DNA from: a virus
IMG/VR virus record: IMGVR_UViG_3300045988_176357
Location: 128,053 to 192,052 of that record
DNA: 64,000 nucleotides
Reading direction: 5' to 3' (one strand)
Part shown: positions 1 to 9,597 of the stretch, piece by piece
How the letters are laid out: the number at the start of each line of letters is the position of its first letter
How positions within the stretch are numbered: the stretch's first letter is position 1
Notes under the pieces: model-generated
Database searches by the model: none
What the model was told of the DNA's origin: nothing
What the model saw: the letters and a program-made list of their open reading frames with translations, nothing else
Program-made: the position numbers and the translations under genes

Positions 1-21
1 AAGCAGGCCTGAAGCAAAAGG

Positions 22-106
22 AAGCCCGTAGAGGGCCGCTAAAGGGGTCACCCCCTCTCGTTATGTAGGGTTACCCTCTAACAGAAGCCAGAGAGGTCTA
101 AGAATG
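22..106 (+). promoter_or_regulatory. ~85-bp direct repeat, copy 1, ending at an ATG; contains inverted repeat aggggt-N-acccct
   Basis: Near-identical copy at 703-788; both abut ORF starts (104 and 786). Confidence 0.4.
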
Positions 107-334
107 CAAGGAACGGTCTTGGAGGAGGATATCGGAGCATGTAGAAGACAGCAGTATGCTTGCCAGACACCACTGTCGATGGTTTCGGTACTGATTTTGA
201 CGAGATTGAGGATGCACTGGCTTAACAGTTACGACGTAACTGTTACTGACATGTCGCTATTTTCAAGACACCAGAGGCAGCAGAATATCATAATCCATGC
301 CGAAAGGCTGTTTCGTGGGTATCTTCCTCCTTAA
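104..334 (+). CDS. hypothetical small protein
   Basis: ORF directly downstream of the repeated upstream element; no recognisable motif. Confidence 0.25.
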   Translation: MQGTVLEEDIGACRRQQYACQTPLSMVSVLILTRLRMHWLNSYDVTVTDMSLFSRHQRQQNIIIHAERLFRGYLPP

Positions 335-339
335 TGGTC

Positions 340-415
340 CTCCTTCTCCTCCCCTTAAGGTTCCCTGCACCTTCCTAATCCCCTCTATAGTCTCCCCTTA
401 ATGCTCCATCTGCCA
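340..415. repeat. polypyrimidine (CT-rich) tract
   Basis: Uninterrupted C/T-rich run on the + strand. Confidence 0.4.
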
Positions 416-417
416 TA

Positions 418-486
418 AGGTACTTTTTTTATTAGTTTACCTAGTGTACCTTGAAGAAGTACCGTAAGGTACTCTGAAAGGTACAC
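418..486. repeat. cluster of five GGTAC/GTACC motifs at short spacing
   Basis: ggtac...gtacc...gtacc..ggtac...ggtac seen in sequence; iteron-like. Confidence 0.35.
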
Positions 487-520
487 AAGATGGACCTGTA
501 TATTAGGTATTATTTATTAT

Positions 521-540
521 GATACCCCTAAAGGGGTATC
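521..540. promoter_or_regulatory. perfect 20-bp palindrome gataccccTAAAggggtatc
   Basis: Seen directly; followed by a second palindrome cgcgcat-a-atgcgcg near 565-580. Confidence 0.5.
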
Positions 541-702
541 GTAATAATATAATACTGCGCACGCGCATAATGCGCGACGCATATACACGTATACGCAACA
601 CATGCTGCGTCCGGGCTGCGCCCTGTCTGGCATGTGGAGCAAGGATTTTGATTTTCCTTTGTGTGGCACCATATGTTGCCAGAATCCCATCAAACCTAAA
701 AG

Positions 703-788
703 AAAGCCCGTAGAGGGCTCCCAAAGGGGTTACCCCCTCTCGTTGTGTAGGGTTACCCTCTAACAGAAGCCAGAGAGGCCTTAGAATG
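703..788 (+). promoter_or_regulatory. ~85-bp direct repeat, copy 2, immediately upstream of the Mre11-like gene
   Basis: ~93% identical to 22-106. Confidence 0.4.
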
Positions 789-1871
789 AAACGAAAGATA
801 TATCTTGTCAGTGACTGCCATGTGAAGTCACGATTATGGACCAACTTTGCTGCTGTGCAGGGCGACGCCTACATGGCAATGCGCAAGATGGCATCCGAAA
901 CCGACCCGTCAAGTGTGCTGATCTCCTGTGGAGATTTGCTCGACTCGAACAGACCCTCCAATGTCGACCTTGCCGAGACAGCCGAATTCCTGAACCACTT
1001 TCACAGGGTGCTGTACATAGCTGGCAACCATGACGACTGTCAGCCGTCTATCGTGCCTGTGATGTGTCCTTATGCGTTGCATCTGACACCTGATGATGTC
1101 GTTCGTGAAGGCAATCTCGTCATCTGCGGCATTGACTGGCAGCGCAGCAGGGAAGCATTCCTTGAGTGCCTTGCTCAGGCTGCACAAACACTCAGTGACG
1201 AGACCAAAGATGGCGGTCAACCCGTATTGATCATGCACCAGGCTGTGCACGATTTCCTGTCCATCGACGGCGCCAGCATGTGCACAGCAAAGGAAATCCT
1301 GGATACCGTAGGACAGGACGTCCTTGTGTACTCAGGCGACATCCATGTTGTGCAGCATGTCGCTTCCAGCCTTGGCAAAGGCAGAGTACAGTCTCCAGGT
1401 CCGCTCGTCCCTCAGGACACTTTGCAGGCCCGTAGACAGCAGGTTTACTGGGAACTCGACAGTGACACCGGGGTACCCACCCGGCACCCCGTCAGCGTGC
1501 GTTCTTTTGCGTTTCTTGACAGTGCCGCTCCCGACTTCGACCTTGCAGCGTCTCTGGATGCTCTTGACAGAAGCCTTGAGCTGCCGCCTGTTGCGATACT
1601 GCAGGTGCACGGTGACTATGTGCCGCCTAAAAGTCAGCTCAACAGAGAGGACTGCATTGTAGTTGTCCGTACGGAACGGACTTCGACAGAAGTAAGAACT
1701 GCAGATGAGTCCAGTGTAACTACACTGGAGGAAGCCATAGCTCAGGAAATTGAAGCTACCGAACCGCTGCTTGCTGACGTGTTGAAGCCGTTGGTGGACA
1801 GGCTGACAACTGCGGATAAACCTGACGAGCTTCTATCGACATTGCTTACGAATTGGGAGGTGACCACATGA
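786..1871 (+). CDS. Mre11/SbcD-like nuclease (calcineurin-like phosphoesterase)
   Basis: Motifs LVSDCH, GDLLD, GNHDD; sits upstream of a Rad50-like gene as in T4 gp47-gp46. Confidence 0.75.
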   Translation: MKRKIYLVSDCHVKSRLWTNFAAVQGDAYMAMRKMASETDPSSVLISCGDLLDSNRPSNVDLAETAEFLNHFHRVLYIAGNHDDCQPSIVPVMCPYALHLTPDDVVREGNLVICGIDWQRSREAFLECLAQAAQTLSDETKDGGQPVLIMHQAVHDFLSIDGASMCTAKEILDTVGQDVLVYSGDIHVVQHVASSLGKGRVQSPGPLVPQDTLQARRQQVYWELDSDTGVPTRHPVSVRSFAFLDSAAPDFDLAASLDALDRSLELPPVAILQVHGDYVPPKSQLNREDCIVVVRTERTSTEVRTADESSVTTLEEAIAQEIEATEPLLADVLKPLVDRLTTADKPDELLSTLLTNWEVTT

Positions 1872-2116
1872 TACAAGTCAAACACATGGATCTGTTTCAT
1901 TTCTGCCGGTTCGACAAGCTGTCGCTTGATGTACAGCCAGGTCTAACCAGAATAGCAGGTCCCAATGGCTCAGGTAAGACGACGGTCTTCAGAGCCCTGA
2001 TCTACGGTCTGACCGGTTGGTGTGATCCGACATGGGGCACACAAAGCGACCTGCAGCAGGACGATGAAAGCGTTCCAGGCTATGTCGAACTGACACTGTC
2101 GGTAGACGGCGAGGCT
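1853..2116 (+). CDS. Rad50/SbcC-like ATPase, exon 1 (Walker A GPNGSGKTT)
   Basis: N-terminal P-loop; ORF runs into the IStron 5' end (gct|taacaacc). Confidence 0.7.
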
Positions 2117-2605
2117 TAACAACCTCCATTGAGGAGTGATCCTCATTGCAAAGAAAGTGAATTGCTAATAGATCCCAAGAGCCTCACGATGCCTGTAACA
2201 AGGATCGAAAGAGAAAACAAAGAAGTGAGGATACCGCAAGGCGACAGTAAGCCTAAACGGGAGTGACAACGGACGTTTAGCAGCCGAGCCTTGTATCGAG
2301 AGATACCCGGTACAAGGAAGGTTCATCGACTAGGACATCGTGTCCGTACCCGAGCAGCCGTGTGCGTGATAACGCACGAAAGCAAGGGGAAGTACTCTGG
2401 CTCAGGAATGAGTCAATGAAATAGTCAGTGCTTCATGGAAACATGAAGAGTGGTCAGGAGTGACAACCTGAAACCTGCTACTGGGCGGCAACCGGTAGTG
2501 AACAGAACCATGGACTTCAATTGTATTGTTATTTCGTCAAGTTTTATTTACCGTTTTGATCTTTACAGAACGGAGTTATAATACTCTCAGTAACTGGAGA
2601 ACACT
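2117..2605 (+). ncRNA. group-I-like ribozyme portion of IStron A
   Basis: ~490 nt conserved across copies at 10680, 41443, 44361 and 51944, and the transposase-less copies at 31726 and 63703. Confidence 0.5.
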
Positions 2606-3739
2606 TTGGAACCAAGAGCACACATAATCAGATTGTACCCGACAAGGGCACAGGAGAAGCAGCTGAAGAATACCATCGGCTGCGCTCGTTATGCGTACAA
2701 TTGGGCTCTCGAGAAGTGGCGGGAGATGTATGCCGCACATGATAAGGACAAGGCTTCTCCAAAGCCAAGTGCCTTGAAGCTGACCAAGTTATGGACTCAG
2801 GAGAAGCCTGACTGGGCACATGAGACAGCTTATTGCAGCCAGCAAAGAGCGATACATAACGTAGGCGTCGCTTATCAGCGCCTTTAGAGGGGCTTATCGG
2901 CGAAGCCGAAGTTCCATAAGAAGGGCGGCAAGGAGACGTTTTACGTTGATAATGCGAAGGTCGCATGGTACGGCAATAGAATCCAGTTGCCCGACATCGG
3001 ACGTGTCCGCGTAGCGGAGCAGATCCGTTTCGAGGGCAAGGTAATGGGCTACACAGTGTCCCATTATGCCGGACAGTGGCATCTCATAGCTCAGGTCAAC
3101 GCCGAAGGCGACGTGAAACCTTACTGCGCCGATCCCGAGTCCGTCGTCGGTATCGACGTAGGACTTCTGAATCCGGCTGTAGCCTCCGATGGAACCGTCT
3201 TGCAGCTCCCCATAGAGAAGCTCCAAAAGCTTGACGCCAAGCTCAGGCGGCAGCAGAAGGCACTCTCCAGAAGTCAGCGCAACTCCAGAAACCACGCGAA
3301 GCTTCTCGTAAAGAAGCAGCGTACGCAGAATAAGATCAACAACATCCGAAAGGATGCAGTACATAAGTTCACGACCACCATTGCCAAGAGCCACGGCAAG
3401 GTAGTCATCGAAGATCTGGACATCCAAGGAATGAAGGATAAAGCTCCTTCAAGAGCCGTCAGAAGGGCGCATAACAGTTCCCTCATGGGCGCCATCCATC
3501 GGCAGCTCTCCTACAAAGTCCAGCACCTGATCAAGGTGAATCGCTTCTTCCCGTCTTCCAAGACCTGCAGCAACTGCGGGCACATAAGGAGCGCCCTTGA
3601 TTTAAGTGAACGTACATATCATTGCGACCACTGCGGAGCGGTCATCGACCGCGACCTCAATGCCGCAATCAACTTGATGAAATCAGGGCTGGTCAAGCCC
3701 GAAGCGTCTGTGGAGCAAGTCGGTACCGACTTGCGTTGA
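2606..3739 (+). CDS. tnpB: TnpB (IS605 OrfB family, RuvC-like + zinc finger CxxC..CxxC) with in-frame TAG at 2885-2887
   Basis: Same frame either side of the TAG; homologous to the intact copy at 11173-12288; C-terminal CSNCGH...CDHCG. Confidence 0.75.
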
Positions 3740-3779
3740 AGCAGAAAGTACAAACGGACGCAACGTCCGTAAGTTCATG

Positions 3780-5462
3780 ACAGAATACGTCCTGAAGAGG
3801 TTTGCAGGGACTGGTACGAAGCTGGTCGACACATTATGTAAAGACGATGCAATAATTGTTAAGAATCGTCAAAAAATAAATGCATGGTTAGAGCAGTTCA
3901 CAGGCATCTCTATGCCGGTAATGGCACAGTTGATGTGGTTGCGACAGGAAAACTCATCTTGGCTGCTGACGGCTACAGCTGCTCAGATCAACCAGTTCCT
4001 CGGTCTCATTTTCGACACCAAAAAGCTTGAGACCTACAGACAGCATCTGAAGAATGCCTGTGACAGCATACCGAAGCTGCGCGATGACTTTGACACAAGA
4101 AGGAAGCAAGCTGCAGAGACATTGCACCAGCAGTCCTCGCAGAAGGAGCTGCTGTCACAACAGCTGCAGGAACAGCAGGCACTTGTACAGGCTACACGGG
4201 AAACGCTGCAGGCATTTGGTAACAGCATGTCTGTAGCCGACCGTGACAAGATGCTGCGTCTGTGCGAACAGGAACTGGCAGTCTACAACAGAGACCTCGA
4301 CAAGTATAGGGATCTGCAGGAAGCTCCTGTCGTGGATATTGAAACCGAGACAGCAGCTGAGACTGCATTGGTCTCCAAAATATCTGCACAGCGGCTTGAA
4401 AAGTCAACTTGTGAGCGGATGCTGAACAGTGCCCGTGCCGATAGAGACAACAGCAAGTGGAGGCTTGATCAGCTGCGTCATATACATACGCCTGACACCT
4501 GTGAACTATGTGGTTGCAACCTCAGTACCAGTCCGGAAACGTACCGTAACAACAAAGTAAAACTGTTACTGCAGCAGTCTTTAAGCTACGAAGAGGCCAT
4601 CAGAACCTTTTCTGAGACCTACGAAACCAGTGCACATAAATGCATTGAACTGGAAAAGCGTATGGCCCTGCTTGAACATGCTATTGCTTCAGATAATAAA
4701 GTGCTGGAATCAATCGGACAGAAACGTGCTGAAAGACTCCGGTACATGGAACAGCTGCAGCATAAAACAGAGCTTCAACACAAGATTGAACAGGTGACTG
4801 CTGAAATCGAAAAGCTCAAGGCAACACCTGTGTACGATGCGTCTATATCGAAGCAGCAGATTGAAAGCATGCTTCGCAGTGCCGAAGCCAGAGAGACGGA
4901 ACTGAAATCCGCATATGAGACCTGTATTGCTTCTATTGCGTCTGCACAACAGATAATACATGATGCAGAAGAAGATGCTGTCAGGTATAAACGTAACGAA
5001 CGTGTGCGCCAGGTTCTGTCGACTTTGCGTGATGTTTTGTCACAAAGCAGAGCACAGGCAAGATACCTTAACAGCAAGATATCTGCCTTGAATGGCAATA
5101 TAGCTCACTATCTGCAACTGTCCGAGATGCCTTTCACAGTCTTCCTCGACCCTGCAGAGCATGTTTTCAAGTACAGGATGGATGATTGTGATGTGCAGCA
5201 TCAGGCAGGCATGCTGTCTGGTGCACAAAAGGCTGCCGCCGCAATTGCAATACAGATGTCGCTCGTTGTTACGGCAGTGCCGGATCTGACATTGCTTCTG
5301 CTGGATGAAGCGGATGCTTCGTTGTCACCGGAGAACAAAGTAATTGCTACCAAGCTTTACAGGGTCCTTGCAGAGACGCTCAGTGGAAGCGATGGCAGCA
5401 CATTCGTCATAAGTCAGTCAGACACTGTTGCTGCAGAATGTGACAGAGAAATAACACTATAA
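3780..5462 (+). CDS. Rad50/SbcC-like ATPase, exon 2 (coiled coil, CxxC zinc hook, signature motif and Walker B LLLDEAD)
   Basis: CELCGC hook in a coiled-coil region; C-terminal MLSGAQK...LLLDEADASLS. Confidence 0.7.
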   Translation, partial: TEYVLKRFAGTGTKLVDTLCKDDAIIVKNRQKINAWLEQFTGISMPVMAQLMWLRQENSSWLLTATAAQINQFLGLIFDTKKLETYRQHLKNACDSIPKLRDDFDTRRKQAAETLHQQSSQKELLSQQLQEQQALVQATRETLQAFGNSMSVADRDKMLRLCEQELAVYNRDLDKYRDLQEAPVVDIETETAAETALVSKISAQRLEKSTCERMLNSARADRDNSKWRLDQLRHIHTPDTCELCGCNLSTSPETYRNNKVKLLLQQSLSYEEAIRTFSETYETSAHKCIELEKRMALLEHAIASDNKVLESIGQKRAERLRYMEQLQHKTELQHKIEQVTAEIEKLKATPVYDASISKQQIESMLRSAEARETELKSAYETCIASIASAQQIIHDAEEDAVRYKRNERVRQVLSTLRDVLSQSRAQARYLNSKISALNGNIAHYLQLSEMPFTVFLDPAEHVFKYRMDDCDVQHQAGMLSGAQKAAAAIAIQMSLVVTAVPDLTLLLLDEADASLSPENKVIATKLYRVLAETLSGSDGSTFVISQSDTVAAECDREITL

Positions 5463-5472
5463 GGAGAACAGG

Positions 5473-6513
5473 ATGAAGTACAAGAAAGGTGAGTTCGGTT
5501 ACTGGTGGACAGTAATTAAGGGTAATAAGGATATAGAAGGCAAAGTGTATGTAGGTATTATATCTTGTCGTCGCTCTAGCTTGGTATCTCTTAAAGGCGC
5601 ACCAAAAGAGGTTGGCGGTAGTTTTTATTGCTCTGGCAACGCTCTGACATCACTTGAAGGCGCACCAAAAAAAGTTGGCGGTAATTTTGACTGTTCATAT
5701 AACAAGTTGACATCTCTTAAAGGCGCGCCAAAAGAGGTTGGCGGTGGTTTTGACTGTTCGTGCAACAAATTGACATCTCTTAAAGGCGCACCAAAAGAGG
5801 TTGGCGATGGTTTTGACTGTTCATACAACAAGTTGACATCTCTTAAAGGCGCACCGAAAAAAGTTAGTGGTTATTTTTATTGCTACAACAACGCTCTGAC
5901 AACACTTGAAGGCGCACCAAAAGAGATTGGCGATGGTTTTGACTGTTCATACAACAAGTTGACAACACTTAAAGGCGCACCAAAAGAGGTTGGTAGTTGT
6001 TTTTATTGTTCCGGCAATCCACAACTCAAAGAGCTCCTAGATAAGATGCCTACACAAGCTATATGTGGAGACGTGTATAAGTGGTGTGGAAAGATCTGGA
6101 GCTTCTTCGACGGCGTGCAGAAAGAGGTAGCAACGATACGCAAATCCGGCAGCATTACGGTGTACAAGATGAAAGACGGCACCTATGCTATGCACGACGG
6201 AGAGGCGTACGCGCATGGCAAAACACTCAAGGAAGCCAAAGCGGATCTCATCTATAAGCGCACATCAAGGGATCTCAGTGAATACAAGAAGTTCACCATG
6301 GATTCCAAGCTGCCGCTTGAGGAGTGCATCAAGATGTACCGCTCGATAACAGGAGCGTGTTCTCTGGGCACAAAGGAGTTCTGCTCGAAGAGGAAGCTCA
6401 AGAAGGCGTACACTGTTGGGGAAGTCATTGAGATCACAGATGGTGCGTATGGGAATGACAAACTTAAGGAGTTCTTTAAAGAAGGCAAATGTCTACAACA
6501 GATGAAACCGTGA
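5473..6513 (+). CDS. BspA-like leucine-rich repeat protein (22-aa repeats L.SL.GAPK.VGG.F.C..N.LTSL)
   Basis: Eight or more tandem repeats; N-terminus MKYKKGEFGYWW is shared with the gene at 9594. Confidence 0.6.
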   Translation: MKYKKGEFGYWWTVIKGNKDIEGKVYVGIISCRRSSLVSLKGAPKEVGGSFYCSGNALTSLEGAPKKVGGNFDCSYNKLTSLKGAPKEVGGGFDCSCNKLTSLKGAPKEVGDGFDCSYNKLTSLKGAPKKVSGYFYCYNNALTTLEGAPKEIGDGFDCSYNKLTTLKGAPKEVGSCFYCSGNPQLKELLDKMPTQAICGDVYKWCGKIWSFFDGVQKEVATIRKSGSITVYKMKDGTYAMHDGEAYAHGKTLKEAKADLIYKRTSRDLSEYKKFTMDSKLPLEECIKMYRSITGACSLGTKEFCSKRKLKKAYTVGEVIEITDGAYGNDKLKEFFKEGKCLQQMKP

Positions 6514-6621
6514 AAGCGATGAAAGAAGCTCTGGAAGGTGACCCTAAAGAACTGTTCAGTGCTCTGGCACACATTATGGTGCAATTCTTCAACAGAGAAC
6601 TGGTAAACTAAGGAGAACGGA

Positions 6622-7371
6622 ATGAAAGTGACAGAACTTGAAAGAAAAGAAGTTTGTACGCAAGTAAAGTATGCGTGGAATAAGAAGGTATTTGAGCTTG
6701 ACGACTGCCCTGACTGGGCTCAGTACGCAGCTGTTGACAAGGATGGAACCGCATTCTGGTGCAGTAACGAGCCAGATCTGTGTTCCTTCGGCTGGCTAAC
6801 CTCTCTGAAAGACAAATATAAGTCCATATGTGACGCTGATAAGCGTCCGCTTCTGTTCAAGACAGATGGCTGGGTCTACAGTCTGATAAAGAGACCAAAG
6901 TCTGCACACAAGAACGTATCGGCACACTTGTGCAGAGACAGCAAAGGCAGGTTTGTCAGCAGGGTCAAAGACGCCACACCCGATCTGCCTCAAACCCAGT
7001 ATCAGACAACAGAAGGCCACTATGCCTATGGCAGATGCAAATTGCTCGAATTCTCCGCACGTGAGCTCAGCGATGAGTATGGTAATGCAATGCTGCAACT
7101 GAAACTGCTGCTGAAGAACAAAAAGGGCGTTGTAGAGCTGGTCATAGATGTGCGTCCTGTCAGTAAGGAAAAAGGCGCACTGCGTTATTTTGTAGTGCAA
7201 TCAGGGCTTGAGCATGCACTCTTCAGTGCTTTGTTGCATAAAGACAAAGAGATCGACGCGGACTTATCTGCGATATGTCCTGTACTTTATATATACAGTA
7301 ATACTGACATACGTGAAATCAGGTTTCCAGCAGCATCATGCTGGAGAATCGAGCGTGAAATTGCACTGTAA
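6622..7371 (+). CDS. member of the 'CPDWAQYAAVD' small-domain paralog family (long form)
   Basis: FELDDCPDWAQYAAVDKDG...W motif. Confidence 0.5.
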   Translation: MKVTELERKEVCTQVKYAWNKKVFELDDCPDWAQYAAVDKDGTAFWCSNEPDLCSFGWLTSLKDKYKSICDADKRPLLFKTDGWVYSLIKRPKSAHKNVSAHLCRDSKGRFVSRVKDATPDLPQTQYQTTEGHYAYGRCKLLEFSARELSDEYGNAMLQLKLLLKNKKGVVELVIDVRPVSKEKGALRYFVVQSGLEHALFSALLHKDKEIDADLSAICPVLYIYSNTDIREIRFPAASCWRIEREIAL

Positions 7372-7382
7372 CAGAAAGGAGC

Positions 7383-8087
7383 GTGAAAATGAAAGTAACA
7401 GATCTCGATACAAAAGACGTCATAGTAACACGTACAGAAAAACGGTACGTACTTAATGAGAAAGTGTTCGAACTTGATGACTGTCCTGACTGGGCTCAGT
7501 ACGCAGCTGTTGATGAGTGTGGGACTGCGTACTGGCACGAGAACAAGCCATGTCATATGTTGCACCAATGGTTTCACAGATCAGATAGCAGGTATAAGGC
7601 TATTGCTGATTACAGCTTTGATACCACCGACTGGCAGCACAGTCTTATCGAGCGACCCAAGAAGGTACTCGAGGTCACTATGGCTGACCTGGAGAAGAAA
7701 TATGGGTGCAAAGTCAAGCTTGTAAAGGGCTACGATACGCAAGAAAAGATAGATGTTACATCTGACGCTGTAGCTGAGACCAGCAGTAACTTAAGTACAG
7801 ATGTTTACAAGTTGGATACGCAAGTGTTCCTGCTTAACCAGTGTCCGTCTTGGGCTAAGTGGGCTGCTGTGGATCATGACGGTATTGCAAGCTGGTACAA
7901 CACTAAGCCAGTTCTCAGCTCAGACAAAAGATGGCAATTGCCGAAAGGCGTTTTAGGGTGCTGTATGCCAATTGAACGTGTCGGTACTGGACAATACATG
8001 CGCTTCGATGCATCGTCTTACTATGATAGTGTAGTGGAAAAGAAAGCGTGTTTGAGTCCATACAAAGCACGTAAATCCAATGCCTGA
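7383..8087 (+). CDS. 'CPDWAQYAAVD' family protein with two tandem domain copies
   Basis: Two CP(D/S)WA.(Y/W)AAVD motifs; central ...EVTMADLEKKYGCKVKLVK. Confidence 0.5.
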   Translation: MKMKVTDLDTKDVIVTRTEKRYVLNEKVFELDDCPDWAQYAAVDECGTAYWHENKPCHMLHQWFHRSDSRYKAIADYSFDTTDWQHSLIERPKKVLEVTMADLEKKYGCKVKLVKGYDTQEKIDVTSDAVAETSSNLSTDVYKLDTQVFLLNQCPSWAKWAAVDHDGIASWYNTKPVLSSDKRWQLPKGVLGCCMPIERVGTGQYMRFDASSYYDSVVEKKACLSPYKARKSNA

Positions 8088-9597
8088 CAGCCTGACTATA
8101 AAGCTCAGCTATACTGTATGCTCGTGTACCCCGTGGCCTGTGAGCTTGCGGGATACAGCTCGTTTCACAATGCGTGAGCCAAAGACGCCGGAAGAACTTC
8201 GAGCAGAACGAGACGCCATTAAGCGTGCAGGCAGCACAGGCAAACCGAAGCCCTACAAGTTTACAAGTCACAGCTGCGTTGAAACAAGGAGTGGCTCAGG
8301 CTACTTCCTTATAGGCTTTTGGCCGCACCTCAAAGCAGAACTCGAAAAGCGCAATATACCTTACAGTGTAGACGACCAGCGAGATCGTTCACTCAGACCT
8401 GATCCTGATTATAGCTGCCTGTCGGGTATACAGTTCCGAGAAGGACAGGCAGAAGCATTGGCAAGTATCATATCAAGTGATGGCGGTCTGTTGTGCTCCA
8501 ATGTTTCGTTCGGTAAAAGCTTCCTTATTAAGGTGCTCTGTCAATTATATCCTACATTGAACATACTTGTCGTATGCAATGCGGGCGAAGTCGTACGGGA
8601 GCTGTACAGAGCCATCTCTGAGGTGCTTCCCGGTCAGGTTGGCCTGCTGGATATGAAACACAGCGAGATCAATGGCAAACGCATCATCGTTACCACAACG
8701 AAGTCCATGACGAAAGTCAAACCGGAACAGGTACAGCTGATGCTCGTGGATGAATGTCATTGCGCTGGGTACAACGAGACAGGATTCCAAATCCAGCAGT
8801 TCTGCTTCTGCAGACGATTCGGATTCACAGCAACCCCGATCAGAAACCAAGGCGATCATCTGTACTTTGAATCGTTATTTGGGCCTGTGCTGCAGCAGCA
8901 GACATTTGAGCAGTCTGTAGCGGCAGGTTCGGTAACTCCGATTGAGTACACTATGGTACCGATTGAGAAAAAGCTGACATATCTTGACGACATAAAGCAG
9001 CTGCCGAATGCAATTCAGTACCGACTGATGTATACCAACAACCCTGTAAGGAACAGACTTATTGCAGGTGTGTTCAACGATATCAGACAGGCGAATCCTG
9101 ATGCACAGATACTTATCATGACTCAGACTATCGAGCACTTGATACGCCTATGTGAACTTATTCCGGGTTTGCATTTCGCACACGGTGAAAGAGGCGATCT
9201 CAGTTCATATAAGCGCAAGAAGGGGCTCGAGAATGTCGACATGTTCAAGTACAGACAGTCAGCTGAGCAACTGTCGTACGTGAAAAAACAGGCCGAGCTT
9301 GGTGAGTATAAGTCGCTTATAGCTACAGGCGTCTGGTCAAAGGGCATCAACCTGCACCACTTATCCGTACTTATAAGAGCGGATGGTGCTGTATCCGGGA
9401 TACCGTCTGTGCAGATACCTGGACGACTTGCGCGGCTTGACGATGGAAAGGAAATTGCGTTTCTTGTGGACTTTTCGGACGAGTTCTGTGAGTCTGCAGG
9501 TAACAGAGCAGTAGCCAGAACCAGGCATTACAACAAGGAAGGATATGCGTGCGTATCTTATATAGATATGCTGCAGGAAATAAGAAGGACAAAATGA
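8080..9597 (+). CDS. superfamily-2 DEAD/DEAH-type helicase (true start possibly near 8170)
   Basis: Motif I-like GKSF, motif II VDECH, motif III FTATP. Confidence 0.6.
   Translation: MPDSLTIKLSYTVCSCTPWPVSLRDTARFTMREPKTPEELRAERDAIKRAGSTGKPKPYKFTSHSCVETRSGSGYFLIGFWPHLKAELEKRNIPYSVDDQRDRSLRPDPDYSCLSGIQFREGQAEALASIISSDGGLLCSNVSFGKSFLIKVLCQLYPTLNILVVCNAGEVVRELYRAISEVLPGQVGLLDMKHSEINGKRIIVTTTKSMTKVKPEQVQLMLVDECHCAGYNETGFQIQQFCFCRRFGFTATPIRNQGDHLYFESLFGPVLQQQTFEQSVAAGSVTPIEYTMVPIEKKLTYLDDIKQLPNAIQYRLMYTNNPVRNRLIAGVFNDIRQANPDAQILIMTQTIEHLIRLCELIPGLHFAHGERGDLSSYKRKKGLENVDMFKYRQSAEQLSYVKKQAELGEYKSLIATGVWSKGINLHHLSVLIRADGAVSGIPSVQIPGRLARLDDGKEIAFLVDFSDEFCESAGNRAVARTRHYNKEGYACVSYIDMLQEIRRTK

Larger units (their letters stand above)
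2117..3779 (+). mobile_element. IStron copy A (group-I-like intron + IS605-family tnpB) inside the sbcC-like gene
   Basis: 5' module with GNRA hairpin gagga-gtga-tcctc then aagaaagtgaattgct; right-end hairpin acggacg-caa-cgtccgt + aagttcatg; exon junction ...GEA|TEYV... is in frame. Confidence 0.7.

Noticed and set aside
503-844. Minus-strand 113-aa ORF spanning the repeat-rich leader.
   Set aside because: It overlaps the palindromes and the direct repeat, and every other gene is on the + strand. It is likely spurious.
2885-2887. Interpreting tnpB copies A and E simply as pseudogenes.
   Set aside because: Not fully rejected. However, the frame is maintained, the two copies are otherwise intact, and TAG is demonstrably a sense codon in the neighbouring homing endonuclease genes, so conditional read-through is at least as likely.
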